This document shows, piece by piece, positions 50,746-60,536 of a DNA stretch of 64,000 nucleotides. Source of the stretch: Paraburkholderia sp. (lineage in GTDB: Bacteria; Pseudomonadota; Gammaproteobacteria; Burkholderiales; Burkholderiaceae). The translations under genes were made by a program, and so were the position numbers. The notes under the pieces were generated by a model, which saw only the letters and a program-made list of their open reading frames with translations, did no database searches and was not told the origin of the DNA. The DNA is taken from contig DASZIR010000069.1 of NCBI GenBank assembly GCA_035948995.1, positions 997-64,996 on the forward strand, read 5' to 3'. Numbering within the stretch: the first letter of the stretch is position 1; the number at the start of each line of letters is the position of its first letter.

Positions 50746-51801
50746 TCAGGCGCTGCGCGACTCGTTTTCGTCGTCGGTCAGTACGCCCGCGTCCTGTGCA
50801 GCATCGTGGCGATCGTCTCGATCACCATGCGCCACACGTGTCGGGTTCGACTCGACGGTGTACTCCGTACTGTGGAGTACACCCGGGTCGTGCGCGGGTA
50901 TTGCGGGATCGGTCTGGGAGACCGGATCCTGATCTTGTGCGACCTCAGCAGCGTCTTCGGCGGCTGCGGCTCGCGGTTCAGCGTGTGTTTCTTCGGGCGC
51001 GAGAATCGGTGCAGCGGCTTGTCCGGCTGCCGCGCGAGCGGACTGCGCATGCTCCGGTTCGACGCTCTCGCCCGCACTGTTCGAATCCGCAGCCATTGAC
51101 TGCTCAACCGCAGCGGGCTCGCCGGCGGTCGTGTCAGCGTCCGTTTCGGCTTCGATCGATGCGTCGGCTACCGCCGCGCCGCCCACCTCAGCCACCGCTT
51201 CGCCACCCGCCGCTTCACCGTCCCCCTGCGCGACGGCGTCAGGAAACTCGATCGCATGCTGGCCGAGCAGATCGACGTTCAGCTGCGCCGACGGATCGTC
51301 CAGCGGCGGCAACTCGTCGAGCGCCTTCAGACCGAGGTCGTCGAGAAACTGCCGCGTGGTCGCGTACAGGGCCGGCCGGCCCGGCACGTCACGATGGCCG
51401 ATCACTTCGATCCAGCCCCTATCCTCGAGTTGCTTCACAACCTGCGTGTTCACCGTCACGCCGCGAATCTCTTCGATATCGCCGCGCGTGACCGGTTGCC
51501 GGTACGCAATAATCGCGAGCGTCTCAAGAACGGCGCGCGAATATTTCGGCGGCTTCTCGGGATGCAGGCGATCCAGGTACGAACGCATCGCAGGCTTGCT
51601 TTGAAAGCGCCAGCCGGACGCCAGCCCGACCAGTTCGACGCCACGGCCAGACCAATCCTGCTTCAGGTCTTCAAGCAATGTACGAACCGTATCTGCCGAC
51701 ACGCCGTCGGCAAAGAGCTTGCGTAGCTCACCGAGCTTTAATGGCTCCTGCGCGCAGATCAAGGCAGTCTCGAGGACGATCTTCGCCTCTTGGGTATTCA
51801 T
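50746..51801 (-). CDS. scpB: SMC-Scp complex subunit ScpB with acidic tail
   Basis: [29 protein letters not shown] and [17 protein letters not shown]. Confidence 0.96.
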   Translation of the reverse strand: MNTQEAKIVLETALICAQEPLKLGELRKLFADGVSADTVRTLLEDLKQDWSGRGVELVGLASGWRFQSKPAMRSYLDRLHPEKPPKYSRAVLETLAIIAYRQPVTRGDIEEIRGVTVNTQVVKQLEDRGWIEVIGHRDVPGRPALYATTRQFLDDLGLKALDELPPLDDPSAQLNVDLLGQHAIEFPDAVAQGDGEAAGGEAVAEVGGAAVADASIEAETDADTTAGEPAAVEQSMAADSNSAGESVEPEHAQSARAAAGQAAAPILAPEETHAEPRAAAAEDAAEVAQDQDPVSQTDPAIPAHDPGVLHSTEYTVESNPTRVAHGDRDDRHDAAQDAGVLTDDENESRSA

Positions 51802-52140
51802 GCAGCTAGGTCAGACCCTGTGGTCAAAGAACCGGATCAAACAGACGATTTGGAACTGAAGACGCGCTCGCCCGATTCTGATCGGTCATATTGATGGGAG
51901 CACGCACCGGGGGGAGGCGAAACAGGCAATCGAGCCAAACCCAGCCGGACGGAGCAGCGATATTCCTGAAGGGAATCGCGTGACTGAACGCCATATTACG
52001 CAAAAACATCCGGTGCGTAAAGACGAAATCCCGACGATTCGCCCCAGCAAGGCTTACAGCAATAAAACAGGCGCAAAACGCAGGCAAAATGGCCGGCCCC
52101 GCCTGCGCTATCCCTGGCATTCGCCCGTGTCTGCGCGAAT

Positions 52141-53343
52141 TCAGCTCACTGCGGACCGGGCCAGGAATTGCTGGAGCCGTCCCACGCCCGCATCGAGCCG
52201 GGCCGTATCGCACGCGTAGCACCAGCGGACGAACCCTTCGCCTTCGGGACCAAATGCGCTGCCAGGGGCGAGCCCTAGCCCGACGTCACGCACCAGCGAC
52301 TTGCACAAGGCGAGGCTGTGCGCCGCGCCCGGCAACGAAAAGAACAGGTACATCGAACCCGGCGGCACCTTCACATCGACGCCAGGCAGGGCCGACAACG
52401 CCTGCACCAGATGATCGCGCGACGTCTTCAGGTCCGCCACGAGTTGCCGCGTGAACGGTTCGCCCTGCTGGACCGCCGCGATGCCTGCCTGTTGCACGAA
52501 GGCCGGCGCGCATGAGGTGTTGTACTCGACCAGCTTGCTCAGATCGTCCATCAGCGCGGCTGGCGCGACAATCCAGCCAAGCCGCCAGCCCGTCATGAGC
52601 CACGCCTTCGAGAACGAGTTGACGCAGATCACCCGCTCGTCGCGCGCGGCCAGATCGAGAAAGGACGGCGCGGTGCGAGCCTCGTCGCCGGCGTAGTAAA
52701 GGCGTTCGTAGACCTCGTCGGCGACAATCCAGATGCCATGGCTGCGGCAATGCCCGAGCACGGCACGCTGCTGGCCGGCCGTCATCACCCAGCCGGTCGG
52801 ATTGTTCGGCGAGTTAAGCATGAGCAACTTCGTGTCGGGCGTCAGCGCCGCCAGCAGGCGCTCGAGGTCGAGCGTCCAGCCCTGTGCACCATAGCCGAGC
52901 GCGACGGTCTCGACGTGTGCACCGAGAATCTTCGGGATTTCGACCAGATTCGGCCAGAGCGGCGTTACCGCAACCACGCGGTCGCCGGCGCCGACGACCA
53001 GTTGCGCGGCCAGCATCAACGCATTGACCCCTGCGCTCGTCACGGCGACGTGGTCGACCGAGGTCGGTCCGTGCAGGCCCGTGACGTAGCCGGCGAGCGC
53101 CGCGCGCAGCGGCGCGATGCCGAGGTTGTGGGTGTAGAAGGTCGCGCCCGCGGCGAGCGCGTCGCTGGCCGCCGTGCGGATGAACTCGGGCGTCACCCGG
53201 TCGGACTCGCCGAACCAGAACGGCAGCACGTTTTCGACACCGAAACCGGCGTTAGCCACTTCGCGAATCTGGGAGGGTCGCAGTGCGCGTACGGCGTCGC
53301 GCGCGTTCGGCAGGAGGGGAGCAGACAGATCCGATTCGCTCAT
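52141..53343 (-). CDS. PLP-dependent class I/II aminotransferase
   Basis: FWFGE.D, NSPNNPTG, DEVY and SFSKAWLMTGWRLG. Confidence 0.93.
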   Translation of the reverse strand: MSESDLSAPLLPNARDAVRALRPSQIREVANAGFGVENVLPFWFGESDRVTPEFIRTAASDALAAGATFYTHNLGIAPLRAALAGYVTGLHGPTSVDHVAVTSAGVNALMLAAQLVVGAGDRVVAVTPLWPNLVEIPKILGAHVETVALGYGAQGWTLDLERLLAALTPDTKLLMLNSPNNPTGWVMTAGQQRAVLGHCRSHGIWIVADEVYERLYYAGDEARTAPSFLDLAARDERVICVNSFSKAWLMTGWRLGWIVAPAALMDDLSKLVEYNTSCAPAFVQQAGIAAVQQGEPFTRQLVADLKTSRDHLVQALSALPGVDVKVPPGSMYLFFSLPGAAHSLALCKSLVRDVGLGLAPGSAFGPEGEGFVRWCYACDTARLDAGVGRLQQFLARSAVS

Positions 53344-53482
53344 CGAAGGCATCCAGGCGGGTCACTTTGTGGAAGCTGCCAGTTTAGCGTGCCACGCATT
53401 CTCGCGACGCGAAACCGCCGGCTCTGAACCCGCGTCGCCGCACACAAACAGGGCCAACTCATCCCAAACCCCGCTTCCCGCG

Positions 53483-54385
53483 CTAGCGCAGATCCTCCGC
53501 CCTCGCGGGCAACTGCCGGATCAAACCCCACACGGCCTCCGCCGCCGGCGACAGCGAACGGTCACGGCGCCGCACCAGTTCGACCGTGCGCTCGGCGCGC
53601 GGCACCAGCGGACGCGCCACCAGCGACGTATCGGCCGGCAGCGGCAACGCCAGCCACGGCAGCACGCTCACCCCAACGCCCGCCTCCACCAGCCCGAACA
53701 CGGTCGCTGAATGCCCCAGTTCTTGCACCACGCTGGCACTCACGCCGTGCTCGAGCATGACCGCGTCGATGATCGGACGGCTGCCGGACGCGTAGTCGAG
53801 CATCACGAGCCGCTGCCCTTCGAGATCGGTCCACTTGACCTGTTGCCGGGCCGCCAGCGGATGGTCATCGCGCGACACCAGACAGAACGAGTCCGTCATC
53901 TGCCGCTCGCTTAGCAGATCGTCAGCCGAAAACGGGCCGATGATGACCCCGAAATCGACTTCCCCCGACTTCACCTTGCGCACCACATCGCTTTGCACGT
54001 CGTCGCGCAGCCCCAGCGTGATAAACGGGAACTGCTGTCCGCACGCCGCGACCACCTGCGGCATCAGCCGGCAAGCGACCGTCGGGCTTGCCGCCACCAC
54101 GACGCGCCCGCGCCGCTGCTCGCCGATCTCGCGAATCTCGCGCAGCGCGTCGTCGAGGTCGGTCAACAGGCGCGACACGCTTGACACCAGATTGCCGCCC
54201 ACGTCGGTCAACTGCACTTCGCGGGTGGTCCGGTCGATCAGCTTGAGACCGATTTCCGCCTCCAGCTCACGCACGCACCGGCTCACCGCCGACTGGGTCA
54301 GTCCAATTTCGTCACCCGCGCGGCTAAAGCTCTGCAAGCGCGCGACCTCAATGAAAACCCTTAGCTGGCGCAGCGTGACATTCAT
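53483..54385 (-). CDS. LysR-family regulator
   Basis: LRQLRVF..VA...SFSRA...GLTQSAVSR...LE and DRTTREV.LT. Confidence 0.95.
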   Translation of the reverse strand: MNVTLRQLRVFIEVARLQSFSRAGDEIGLTQSAVSRCVRELEAEIGLKLIDRTTREVQLTDVGGNLVSSVSRLLTDLDDALREIREIGEQRRGRVVVAASPTVACRLMPQVVAACGQQFPFITLGLRDDVQSDVVRKVKSGEVDFGVIIGPFSADDLLSERQMTDSFCLVSRDDHPLAARQQVKWTDLEGQRLVMLDYASGSRPIIDAVMLEHGVSASVVQELGHSATVFGLVEAGVGVSVLPWLALPLPADTSLVARPLVPRAERTVELVRRRDRSLSPAAEAVWGLIRQLPARAEDLR

Positions 54386-54393
54386 CTCAACCC

Positions 54394-54418
54394 CTCATCA
54401 ATAGCGTTCTTTGATGAG
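54394..54418. promoter_or_regulatory. Inverted repeat just upstream of LysR gene (candidate operator)
   Basis: CTCATCAA-N9-TTGATGAG with perfect 8-bp arms. Confidence 0.55.
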
Positions 54419-54628
54419 CATTGTATTGTGTCTTCGGATGTGACACGTCGTCATGATTGTTTCGCTGCGATGCAGCAAAGAGGCGCAAACGCACGCTGTG
54501 CGGGCTTGATTGCACAAGATTGGTGATTGTCCCGATTTCGCAGAAGGGTTTTTTGGATTCTTATACGCCCCTGACTAACGCCCGCGCTGGCCCGATGTTA
54601 TGGGGCTTCGAGGTAGTTTCTAAAGAGG

Positions 54629-54644
54629 TGGCACGCTTCGTGCA
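54629..54644 (+). promoter_or_regulatory. Sigma54 (-24/-12) promoter
   Basis: TGGCAC-gcttc-GTGCA with exact GG-N10-GC spacing. Confidence 0.6.
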
Positions 54645-54790
54645 TTTGGATGCGCACTGGGTCGGCGCCATGGACCTGACTGCACAACCAGACCGTGGCA
54701 AGCCCGACCCCGCCTGGCACTCAGGATTGAGTGCATGGAGAGTGCGCGGCGCGGGGCAGCGCACCGGAGTTAGCTTCGCTGAGGTGAGAC

Positions 54791-55192
54791 ATGATGCTGT
54801 TCGACGATTTGAGAGACAACGAGTGGGCGCTGGTCGAGGCGTTGTTCTGTGCGGAGCCAGCACGGAGCGAACGACGCGGTCGGCCACGCGTGGAAGCGCG
54901 CGCGGTTGTCAATGCGGTTCTGTGGGTGCTGTCGACGGGTGAAGGCTGGTCCAAGCTTCCCGGCCGGTATCCCTCGCCGCCGACGTGCCGTCGCCGTTTC
55001 GACGAGTGGCAAGCCGATGGTACGCTCGCCGAAATAGTTAAGCGACTCGGCACGAGCGGCCGGGAAATCTCGCTGCGCGGCCGGATTGGCGCGACGGCTG
55101 CCAAGCCGCCCGCACCGCCGAGCCGCGACCGCCTGCGCGGCGCCTTCTGGACCAACCCGGAATCCTGGCGCGCACCGGTCAAGATGGCCTGA
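54791..55192 (+). CDS. Stand-alone IS5-family transposase N-terminal domain (DUF4096) protein
   Basis: LRDNEWALVE..RRGRPR...R.VVNAVLWVL.TG..W..LPGRYPS..TCRRRF.EW..DG; no DDE domain; GAGGTG RBS. Confidence 0.85.
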   Translation: MMLFDDLRDNEWALVEALFCAEPARSERRGRPRVEARAVVNAVLWVLSTGEGWSKLPGRYPSPPTCRRRFDEWQADGTLAEIVKRLGTSGREISLRGRIGATAAKPPAPPSRDRLRGAFWTNPESWRAPVKMA

Positions 55193-55467
55193 CCTGCTGT
55201 TGCTCTGCCGCTGGGCGCCTGTTGGCGCCCAGCGCGTATCTGGGATCCGCGTTCCAGGCTTGGGGCCGCGCCGTCGCCGGCAGCCCCTGCGTTGCGTAGC
55301 CACGCGTGCGGCGCGCTGCCTTTCGGCGCCCTGCCGAGGCTTGCGCGCCGCCTGATAAAACGCAGTGAAACATCCATTTACCATTACTTACAGCACGCTT
55401 TCGCTCCTGGGCATACCGTACGAGTATGCACACAAGCCTGATGTTAAGGCTTTGAACGGAGCCCAGC

Positions 55468-55719
55468 ATGAAACCAATGTCACTGCTTCTGTGCGGCATT
55501 GTCGTTTCATCAATCGCCGCACCTGTCTTTGCGCAGCAAAAGCCACCGGGATGGAACTGGCCGTCGAATCACCCGGCCACCACCGAGGCGCGGCAACAGG
55601 GCGAACACCCACGTGAGTTCACACCACCCGCCCCACGCGGCGACTTGCGCGGCGACATTGCGAGCAATGTGCGCACGCGGCCGGAACCCTCGCGCGACGA
55701 CCCGCAGCGCCAGCGCTAG
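55468..55719 (+). CDS. Small secreted Pro/Arg-rich protein
   Basis: Signal peptide MKPMSLLLCGIVVSSIAAPVFA; GGAG RBS. Confidence 0.7.
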   Translation: MKPMSLLLCGIVVSSIAAPVFAQQKPPGWNWPSNHPATTEARQQGEHPREFTPPAPRGDLRGDIASNVRTRPEPSRDDPQRQR

Positions 55720-55825
55720 GCGCACCAATTCAAGTGCGCCAATGACGGCGTGGGAACCATAGGATCAGTCTGCGGCTGGAACGAACGATTGCGGGAACCA
55801 CCTGCAGTTCGACCAGTCTCATCAA

Positions 55826-55893
55826 TGCCATCAGCACAGCGTGGCAGAAGTAATTCCGGTACGCCCGTATCCTTGCGATACGGGCTTTTTTTT
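55826..55893 (+). ncRNA. Candidate ECF-dependent small RNA
   Basis: GGAACC-N16-GTCT promoter (55794-55819), 5' GCCA...TGGC hairpin, unpaired linker, 9-bp GC terminator plus T8. Confidence 0.5.
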
Positions 55894-55974
55894 CGCGCAG
55901 AAGGCTGAGAGGGAGGCGCAGCGTGCCAGCGCCCGCGCGTCAGGCCAGGCGTCGGCACTGGACCGTAGATTCGC

Positions 55975-56289
55975 CTAGGGACGCACTTCCAGATCCGCTG
56001 TGCTGGTTTCCGCGGCGACGTAGTCGTTCATCCGGCGTGTGGTCCAGTTCAGCGAGCGCTCATCGCGTGCAAGCCGGGCGAACTCGGCCCTGCCCCGATC
56101 GGTCAGCACAGCAATGTCGACCGGCGCGTGAAAACCCGGAGCGGGTGCAACGGTTCGTTGCCGGACCGTCTCCATCAAGCCCAGCGCGCGCAGATATTCG
56201 AATACTCCCGGGCGCCTGGCCCAGGGGACCTGACGATATTGCGCTCGCCGCAGCGCTTCAAGAACTGCTTCGTTGGAATACGTGGTCAT
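55975..56289 (-). CDS. Hypothetical protein
   Basis: 104-aa ORF with a possible winged-helix-like end (L..LGL.E...AVLTDRGRAEF). Confidence 0.7.
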   Translation of the reverse strand: MTTYSNEAVLEALRRAQYRQVPWARRPGVFEYLRALGLMETVRQRTVAPAPGFHAPVDIAVLTDRGRAEFARLARDERSLNWTTRRMNDYVAAETSTADLEVRP

Positions 56290-56561
56290 CTCACTTCTTT
56301 CTTAAAGTGCAGCCATGACACATCTTTGCGCAGCACATCACCGCGCCACCAGTGACGCGCGTAGCACCCACTCAAGGCGAGGCGGCGCATCGCAATGCGC
56401 GTGCAACCTTCTCCCGCCAGGCGCTGCCTGTTATTCCATGATTCGGGGTCCCCGTTCGAACCTCATGTTAGCGTTCTCTCCACGTGCATGCGATGCGACC
56501 CGAGCGGCGCGATAGCGGCAGCGTGAAATTGCCCCAAAAACCATACGTTACCCCATTTAAA

Positions 56562-57281
56562 TTGATTCTATTCACTTTATTGGCGCTTTTTTTTGCAGCA
56601 ATCGTGCTAACGCGACGGGCCCGTGCCCCGCTCGTCGTCGCCGGCGTGACACTCTTCTGGCTGCTCGCGGCAGGCTGGCTGAGCGCGCCGCTGCTCGACT
56701 GGGCCCAGCGCAGTCCGCCGTCCGTTGCACCCGCGACCTACGCCGCCCGCACGGCCATCGTCATGCTAGGCAGCGGCACCGCATACGATAAGAACGACAA
56801 GCTGGTTCCCAGGCACGACGCGCTTGCCCGCATTGCGAAGAGTGCCGAGATCTACGCGGCATGCAAACGTACCGGCTCGATCTGCAACGTCATCATCAGT
56901 GGTGGCAACCCGCAGCGGCACGAAGCCTCCGAGGCCGATACCTACCTGCCCTATCTGCTGCAAAAACAGGTTCCGCGCACGGACATCATTCTTGAGAACC
57001 GCAGCCTTACGACCTACGAAAACGCTCGCTACGTGGCCGCCATTTTGCGCGATGGAGATTATGGCTCGCTGATCCTCATCACCTCCGCCTACCAGATGCC
57101 GCGGGCGTTGCTCGACTTTCATCGCTTCGCACTCACGCCCGAGCCTGTCATCTCGAATACGCGGCACGTGCGCGTAGGCTTGCTGCCGCGCTATGACAAT
57201 CTGGTGAACGCGGAGATTGCGCTGCATGAACTGATTGGCATTGCGCAGTTTCATGTGTACCGCATGATCGGGTGGTTCTAG
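56562..57281 (+). CDS. YdcF/DUF218 family membrane protein (start uncertain)
   Basis: IVMLGSG, IISGG, E.RS.TTYENA, LITSAYQMPRA and ALHELIG. Confidence 0.88.
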   Translation: MILFTLLALFFAAIVLTRRARAPLVVAGVTLFWLLAAGWLSAPLLDWAQRSPPSVAPATYAARTAIVMLGSGTAYDKNDKLVPRHDALARIAKSAEIYAACKRTGSICNVIISGGNPQRHEASEADTYLPYLLQKQVPRTDIILENRSLTTYENARYVAAILRDGDYGSLILITSAYQMPRALLDFHRFALTPEPVISNTRHVRVGLLPRYDNLVNAEIALHELIGIAQFHVYRMIGWF

Positions 57282-57588
57282 CCACACGGGTCGCGAATCG
57301 TCATTTAATCAGTTATGCAGATTTATCTTGCAGTCACTTGAGATTGCCATGTGGCCGCTGTCTCATAAGTCGCATCGATATGCAGGCCATCACACCGGGC
57401 CGACGTCGGGTCTTCCGACACGGCGCGCCATCTTCATCCATCGCCGCACCCTCGCGAACGTAACCAGATGTAACTATCTGTTAAAACTGTTACCAAGGGT
57501 CTGTTGGAGCGGATATTGCTGGCTAGAATGCATTGTCCTTCCGATCGGACAGGCAGTATCCGGCCACAACCACTCTACGGAGGTAAAG

Positions 57589-57837
57589 ATGAAGAAAGTG
57601 TCCCTGGCGATCCTGGTTTCCCTCACTGCCCTGACGGGCACCGCGTATGCACAGATGGAGAACGGCGTCACGATGAGCACCGATCCGGCCAAGGCGGCCG
57701 ACGTCGAGCAACGTGCGCAAGCATTGCAATCCCAGCAGCAGGCCATGCAAAGCGCACCGGCGGCGATGCCGGCCAAACACCACAAGATGGCGCCGCATCA
57801 CAAGAAAGCGGCCAAGCCGGAAGCCGCAAGTCAGTAA
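57589..57837 (+). CDS. Small periplasmic protein with basic His/Lys tail
   Basis: Signal peptide ..GTAYA, VTMSTDPAKAA.VE and HHKMAPHHKKAAK; GGAGG RBS. Confidence 0.8.
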   Translation: MKKVSLAILVSLTALTGTAYAQMENGVTMSTDPAKAADVEQRAQALQSQQQAMQSAPAAMPAKHHKMAPHHKKAAKPEAASQ

Positions 57838-57920
57838 TCGCGCTGGACCGGCTTGACCGGTTTGAGCGGGTTTGACCGATTGGCAGGCATGCCCCGCGTG
57901 CCTGCCCTGCGAAGATGAAG

Positions 57921-57956
57921 AAAGCCGAAGCCGGCGTAACCGGCTTCGGCTTTTTT
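57921..57956 (+). terminator. Intrinsic terminator
   Basis: AAAGCCGAAGCCGG-cgtaa-CCGGCTTCGGCTTTTTT. Confidence 0.85.
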
Positions 57957-58039
57957 GTTATCCGGGACGCCCTGACGGTATGCTAAAGTCGCGCACCGAA
58001 CCACACCCAACCCGTGCGCACCCTGGTGCGGAGGACAGA

Positions 58040-58297
58040 ATGAGCAACATCCAGCTGGACATTGAATGGACCGAGGCAGCATCCCGCAAAATCGAAAAAC
58101 TGATGCCGCGCGGCGGTCAGGAAGCGTATCTTGCGCTGCCGCCGGTTGAATGTTTGCCGATGGAGGGCGACGTGCTGTTTCTCGGCCCGGACGGCAAACA
58201 GCAACCCTTTATCGTCGCCGAACGTCAGTATCACCACGACGGCGATGCGGACTGGACCATCATCCTGATCCTCGACGTCCCTCAGTCGACGCACTGA
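58040..58297 (+). CDS. Small acidic hypothetical protein
   Basis: 85-aa ORF (LPMEGDV, F.VAERQY); GGAGG RBS. Confidence 0.75.
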   Translation: MSNIQLDIEWTEAASRKIEKLMPRGGQEAYLALPPVECLPMEGDVLFLGPDGKQQPFIVAERQYHHDGDADWTIILILDVPQSTH

Positions 58298-58546
58298 GCG
58301 GGGTACCGGGCGGGTCGCCGAGTTAAGGCACCGACCGGGTACACGGTCAGCACGCGCCGGGTTGCACGACGGCGGGCCGTCGGCCCGCAGGGCGTGCCTG
58401 CCAGGTTGCCAGGTTGTCGGGTCCGGCGCCGGCCCGGATGCCGACTGCGCCGCCCGCTCAGCAGCCAGGCACTGCCGGGCGGTCAAACCGCTCACCTCGT
58501 ATCCGGCTCACGACGGCGGCGGCTCGCCGAACACGGCCGGCAACCC

Positions 58547-58837
58547 TCAGGCAATCTTCGACACCACGCGAATTTCCGAGTGCTCGACCCAATCCGCCAC
58601 GGCCTTCCTGTAGGCCTCGATATGGGCCGACTTCGCGTGCGCAGCGAGTGCCTCCTCGCTTTCCCAACGCTCCACAAAAACGAAGCGGCGCGGCTCGCGC
58701 ACATCGCGATGCAGGTCGTATTGCAGCGCACCGTGCTCCTTGCGCGTCGGCCCGACGATACCTTCGAGCGCCTCGCGCAGCTTCTCTTCGGTACCGGGTT
58801 TTGCCACCGAAATGGCGACTACGGCGATTTCTGCCAT
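58547..58837 (-). CDS. Putative quinol monooxygenase (ABM domain)
   Basis: AKPG.E, TRKEHGALQYDLH and FVFVERWES..AL.AH....H. Confidence 0.9.
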   Translation of the reverse strand: MAEIAVVAISVAKPGTEEKLREALEGIVGPTRKEHGALQYDLHRDVREPRRFVFVERWESEEALAAHAKSAHIEAYRKAVADWVEHSEIRVVSKIA

Positions 58838-59238
58838 GCTGAGCTCCGTTCAGGAAAAACAGAAGAATACCTGCCGTCCGGCAAACGTGCTGACGAGCGT
58901 CCACAGCCCAAATTTGCCGTCGACAGCCGGATGCGGGGCCGGCTTCGCCTGCGCAGACGAAGCCCCGGCCTGGACTTTGGCGGACATCCGCCGGGCGCCC
59001 GTGCTAGCTTTGCTCGCATCGGCCCGCGTGTTTCGTGCCTGTGTGATTACCCGTACATTCACGTGAAGTTCGAACTGCTAGACTGGTTTTCGACTAATCA
59101 GCCGGGGGCCAGCATGGCTGGTATTGATCTCCGCCTCTCCGGGCATCGTCCTCCCTGCCCTGCCAACGCCGCGGCCTCGTGCCAGTCGGGCGCCAGGTCC
59201 GGTTTCGCGCCGCGCAGCACGCCTGACACCACGCCATC

Positions 59239-60513
59239 ATGCCCACCGTCGAAGAACTGACGCTCAGCGGCCTTCTGCCCCATCTGGTGCGCGAAGAAAC
59301 CGGCTGGACCGCCACGTGGCGAGCGCTGACGCTGCACAGCGTGTTTCAGCCCGTGCTGTCGATTACGCACCAGCGTATCGTCGGCTATGAAGCGCTGTTG
59401 CGCGCATTCGATCCCGTCGGGCTGCCGGTCTCGCCCGACCTGCTGTTCTCCGGCACGCGCTCGGCAAGCGAGGCGCGCGAGCTCGACCGGATCGCGCGCT
59501 GCCTGCACGTGGCCAACTTCATGGAACAGAACGTTCCGGTCGGCTGGCTGTTTCTCAACACGCGGCCGCAAGTGTTCGAAACCGGCTGGCCACAGCGGGC
59601 GTTCATCGATGAATTGTCCGCTCACTTCGGACTGCCGCAGGAGCGCATCGTGATCGAGGTGCTCGAGCAGCCGGCGGACGATGAGTCAGCCGTCGCGAGC
59701 ATGCTGGCGGCGTCGCAACCGCGCGACTTCCTGATCGCCATCGACGACTTCGGCACCGGGTTTTCGAACTTCGACCGTGTGTGGCGCTTTCGCCCCGACA
59801 TCGTCAAACTCGACCGCTCGCTGGTCGCGCGGGCGGGCAAACGCCAGGGCGACGAGTCGCTGATCGGCCACCTGATCGCGATGCTGCATCAATCGGGCAC
59901 GCTGGTGCTGGCCGAAGGGGTCGAGACCGACGATGAACTGATGATCCTGATGCAAGCCGATGTCGATTTCGTGCAAGGATTCTGGCTCGGCCAGCCGAAG
60001 GGTTCCGTGCAGGCGGCGTGCGCGCGTGTGCCCGCGTTGATCGAATCGATGTGGCGCAAATTCGCCGACTACGAACGCATGCATGCGCGCCACCAGCGCC
60101 TCGGTTTCGAGGGGTTCGCCGAAGCCGTGCTGGCAGCAGCGCAGACGTTCGCCGCGACCGGCGACCTCGAACAGGCCGCGCAGCGGATCTTTCATATCCC
60201 CGAAGCGCGCCGCATCTTCGTCACGGATGCGCAGGGCGAACAGACGCTGCCTTCCATCAGCGCGCCTTCGGTCCCACCGCCCCCAACGCGGCTCGCGCCG
60301 CTGCTTGCCACGACGCGCAGCAACTGGTCGCGCCGCGCGTATTTCAAGCACGCGCTGGCCGCGCCCGGGCGGGTTGCCATGATGGGGCCGCATTATTCGC
60401 TGATCGACGGCGAAGACTGCTACACCGCCGCGGTGACGCTCGAGCGCGACGGCGGCACCACGATTCTCTGCGTCGATTTCATTCCAGGCGCGTCCGACAC
60501 CGGCAAACGTTGA
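59239..60513 (+). CDS. EAL-domain c-di-GMP phosphodiesterase with C-terminal associated domain
   Basis: FQP, GYEALLR, LFLN, IEVLE, IDDFGTG, IVKLDR, AEGVET and QGF; NWSRRAYF..GPHYS C-terminal domain (YkuI_C-like). Confidence 0.9.
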   Translation: MPTVEELTLSGLLPHLVREETGWTATWRALTLHSVFQPVLSITHQRIVGYEALLRAFDPVGLPVSPDLLFSGTRSASEARELDRIARCLHVANFMEQNVPVGWLFLNTRPQVFETGWPQRAFIDELSAHFGLPQERIVIEVLEQPADDESAVASMLAASQPRDFLIAIDDFGTGFSNFDRVWRFRPDIVKLDRSLVARAGKRQGDESLIGHLIAMLHQSGTLVLAEGVETDDELMILMQADVDFVQGFWLGQPKGSVQAACARVPALIESMWRKFADYERMHARHQRLGFEGFAEAVLAAAQTFAATGDLEQAAQRIFHIPEARRIFVTDAQGEQTLPSISAPSVPPPPTRLAPLLATTRSNWSRRAYFKHALAAPGRVAMMGPHYSLIDGEDCYTAAVTLERDGGTTILCVDFIPGASDTGKR

Positions 60514-60536
60514 GCGAGCCGTCGCAACGCGCCCTC

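Noticed and set aside
48759-51491. 910-aa plus-strand ORF, and similar long antisense ORFs over fadE, lpdA, typA and infB
   Set aside because: They overlap well-supported genes on the opposite strand and have Arg/Ala-rich shadow composition.
26562-55192. Composite transposon bounded by the two transposase-like genes
   Set aside because: The copies are highly divergent, lack DDE domains and terminal repeats, and enclose core housekeeping genes.
55753-55783. Additional GGAAC motifs upstream of the candidate sRNA
   Set aside because: No matching -10 element at 16-17 bp spacing.
56384-56408. Sigma54-like TTGCAC-N5-TTGC on the minus strand upstream of the 56289 gene
   Set aside because: Lacks the invariant GG at -24.
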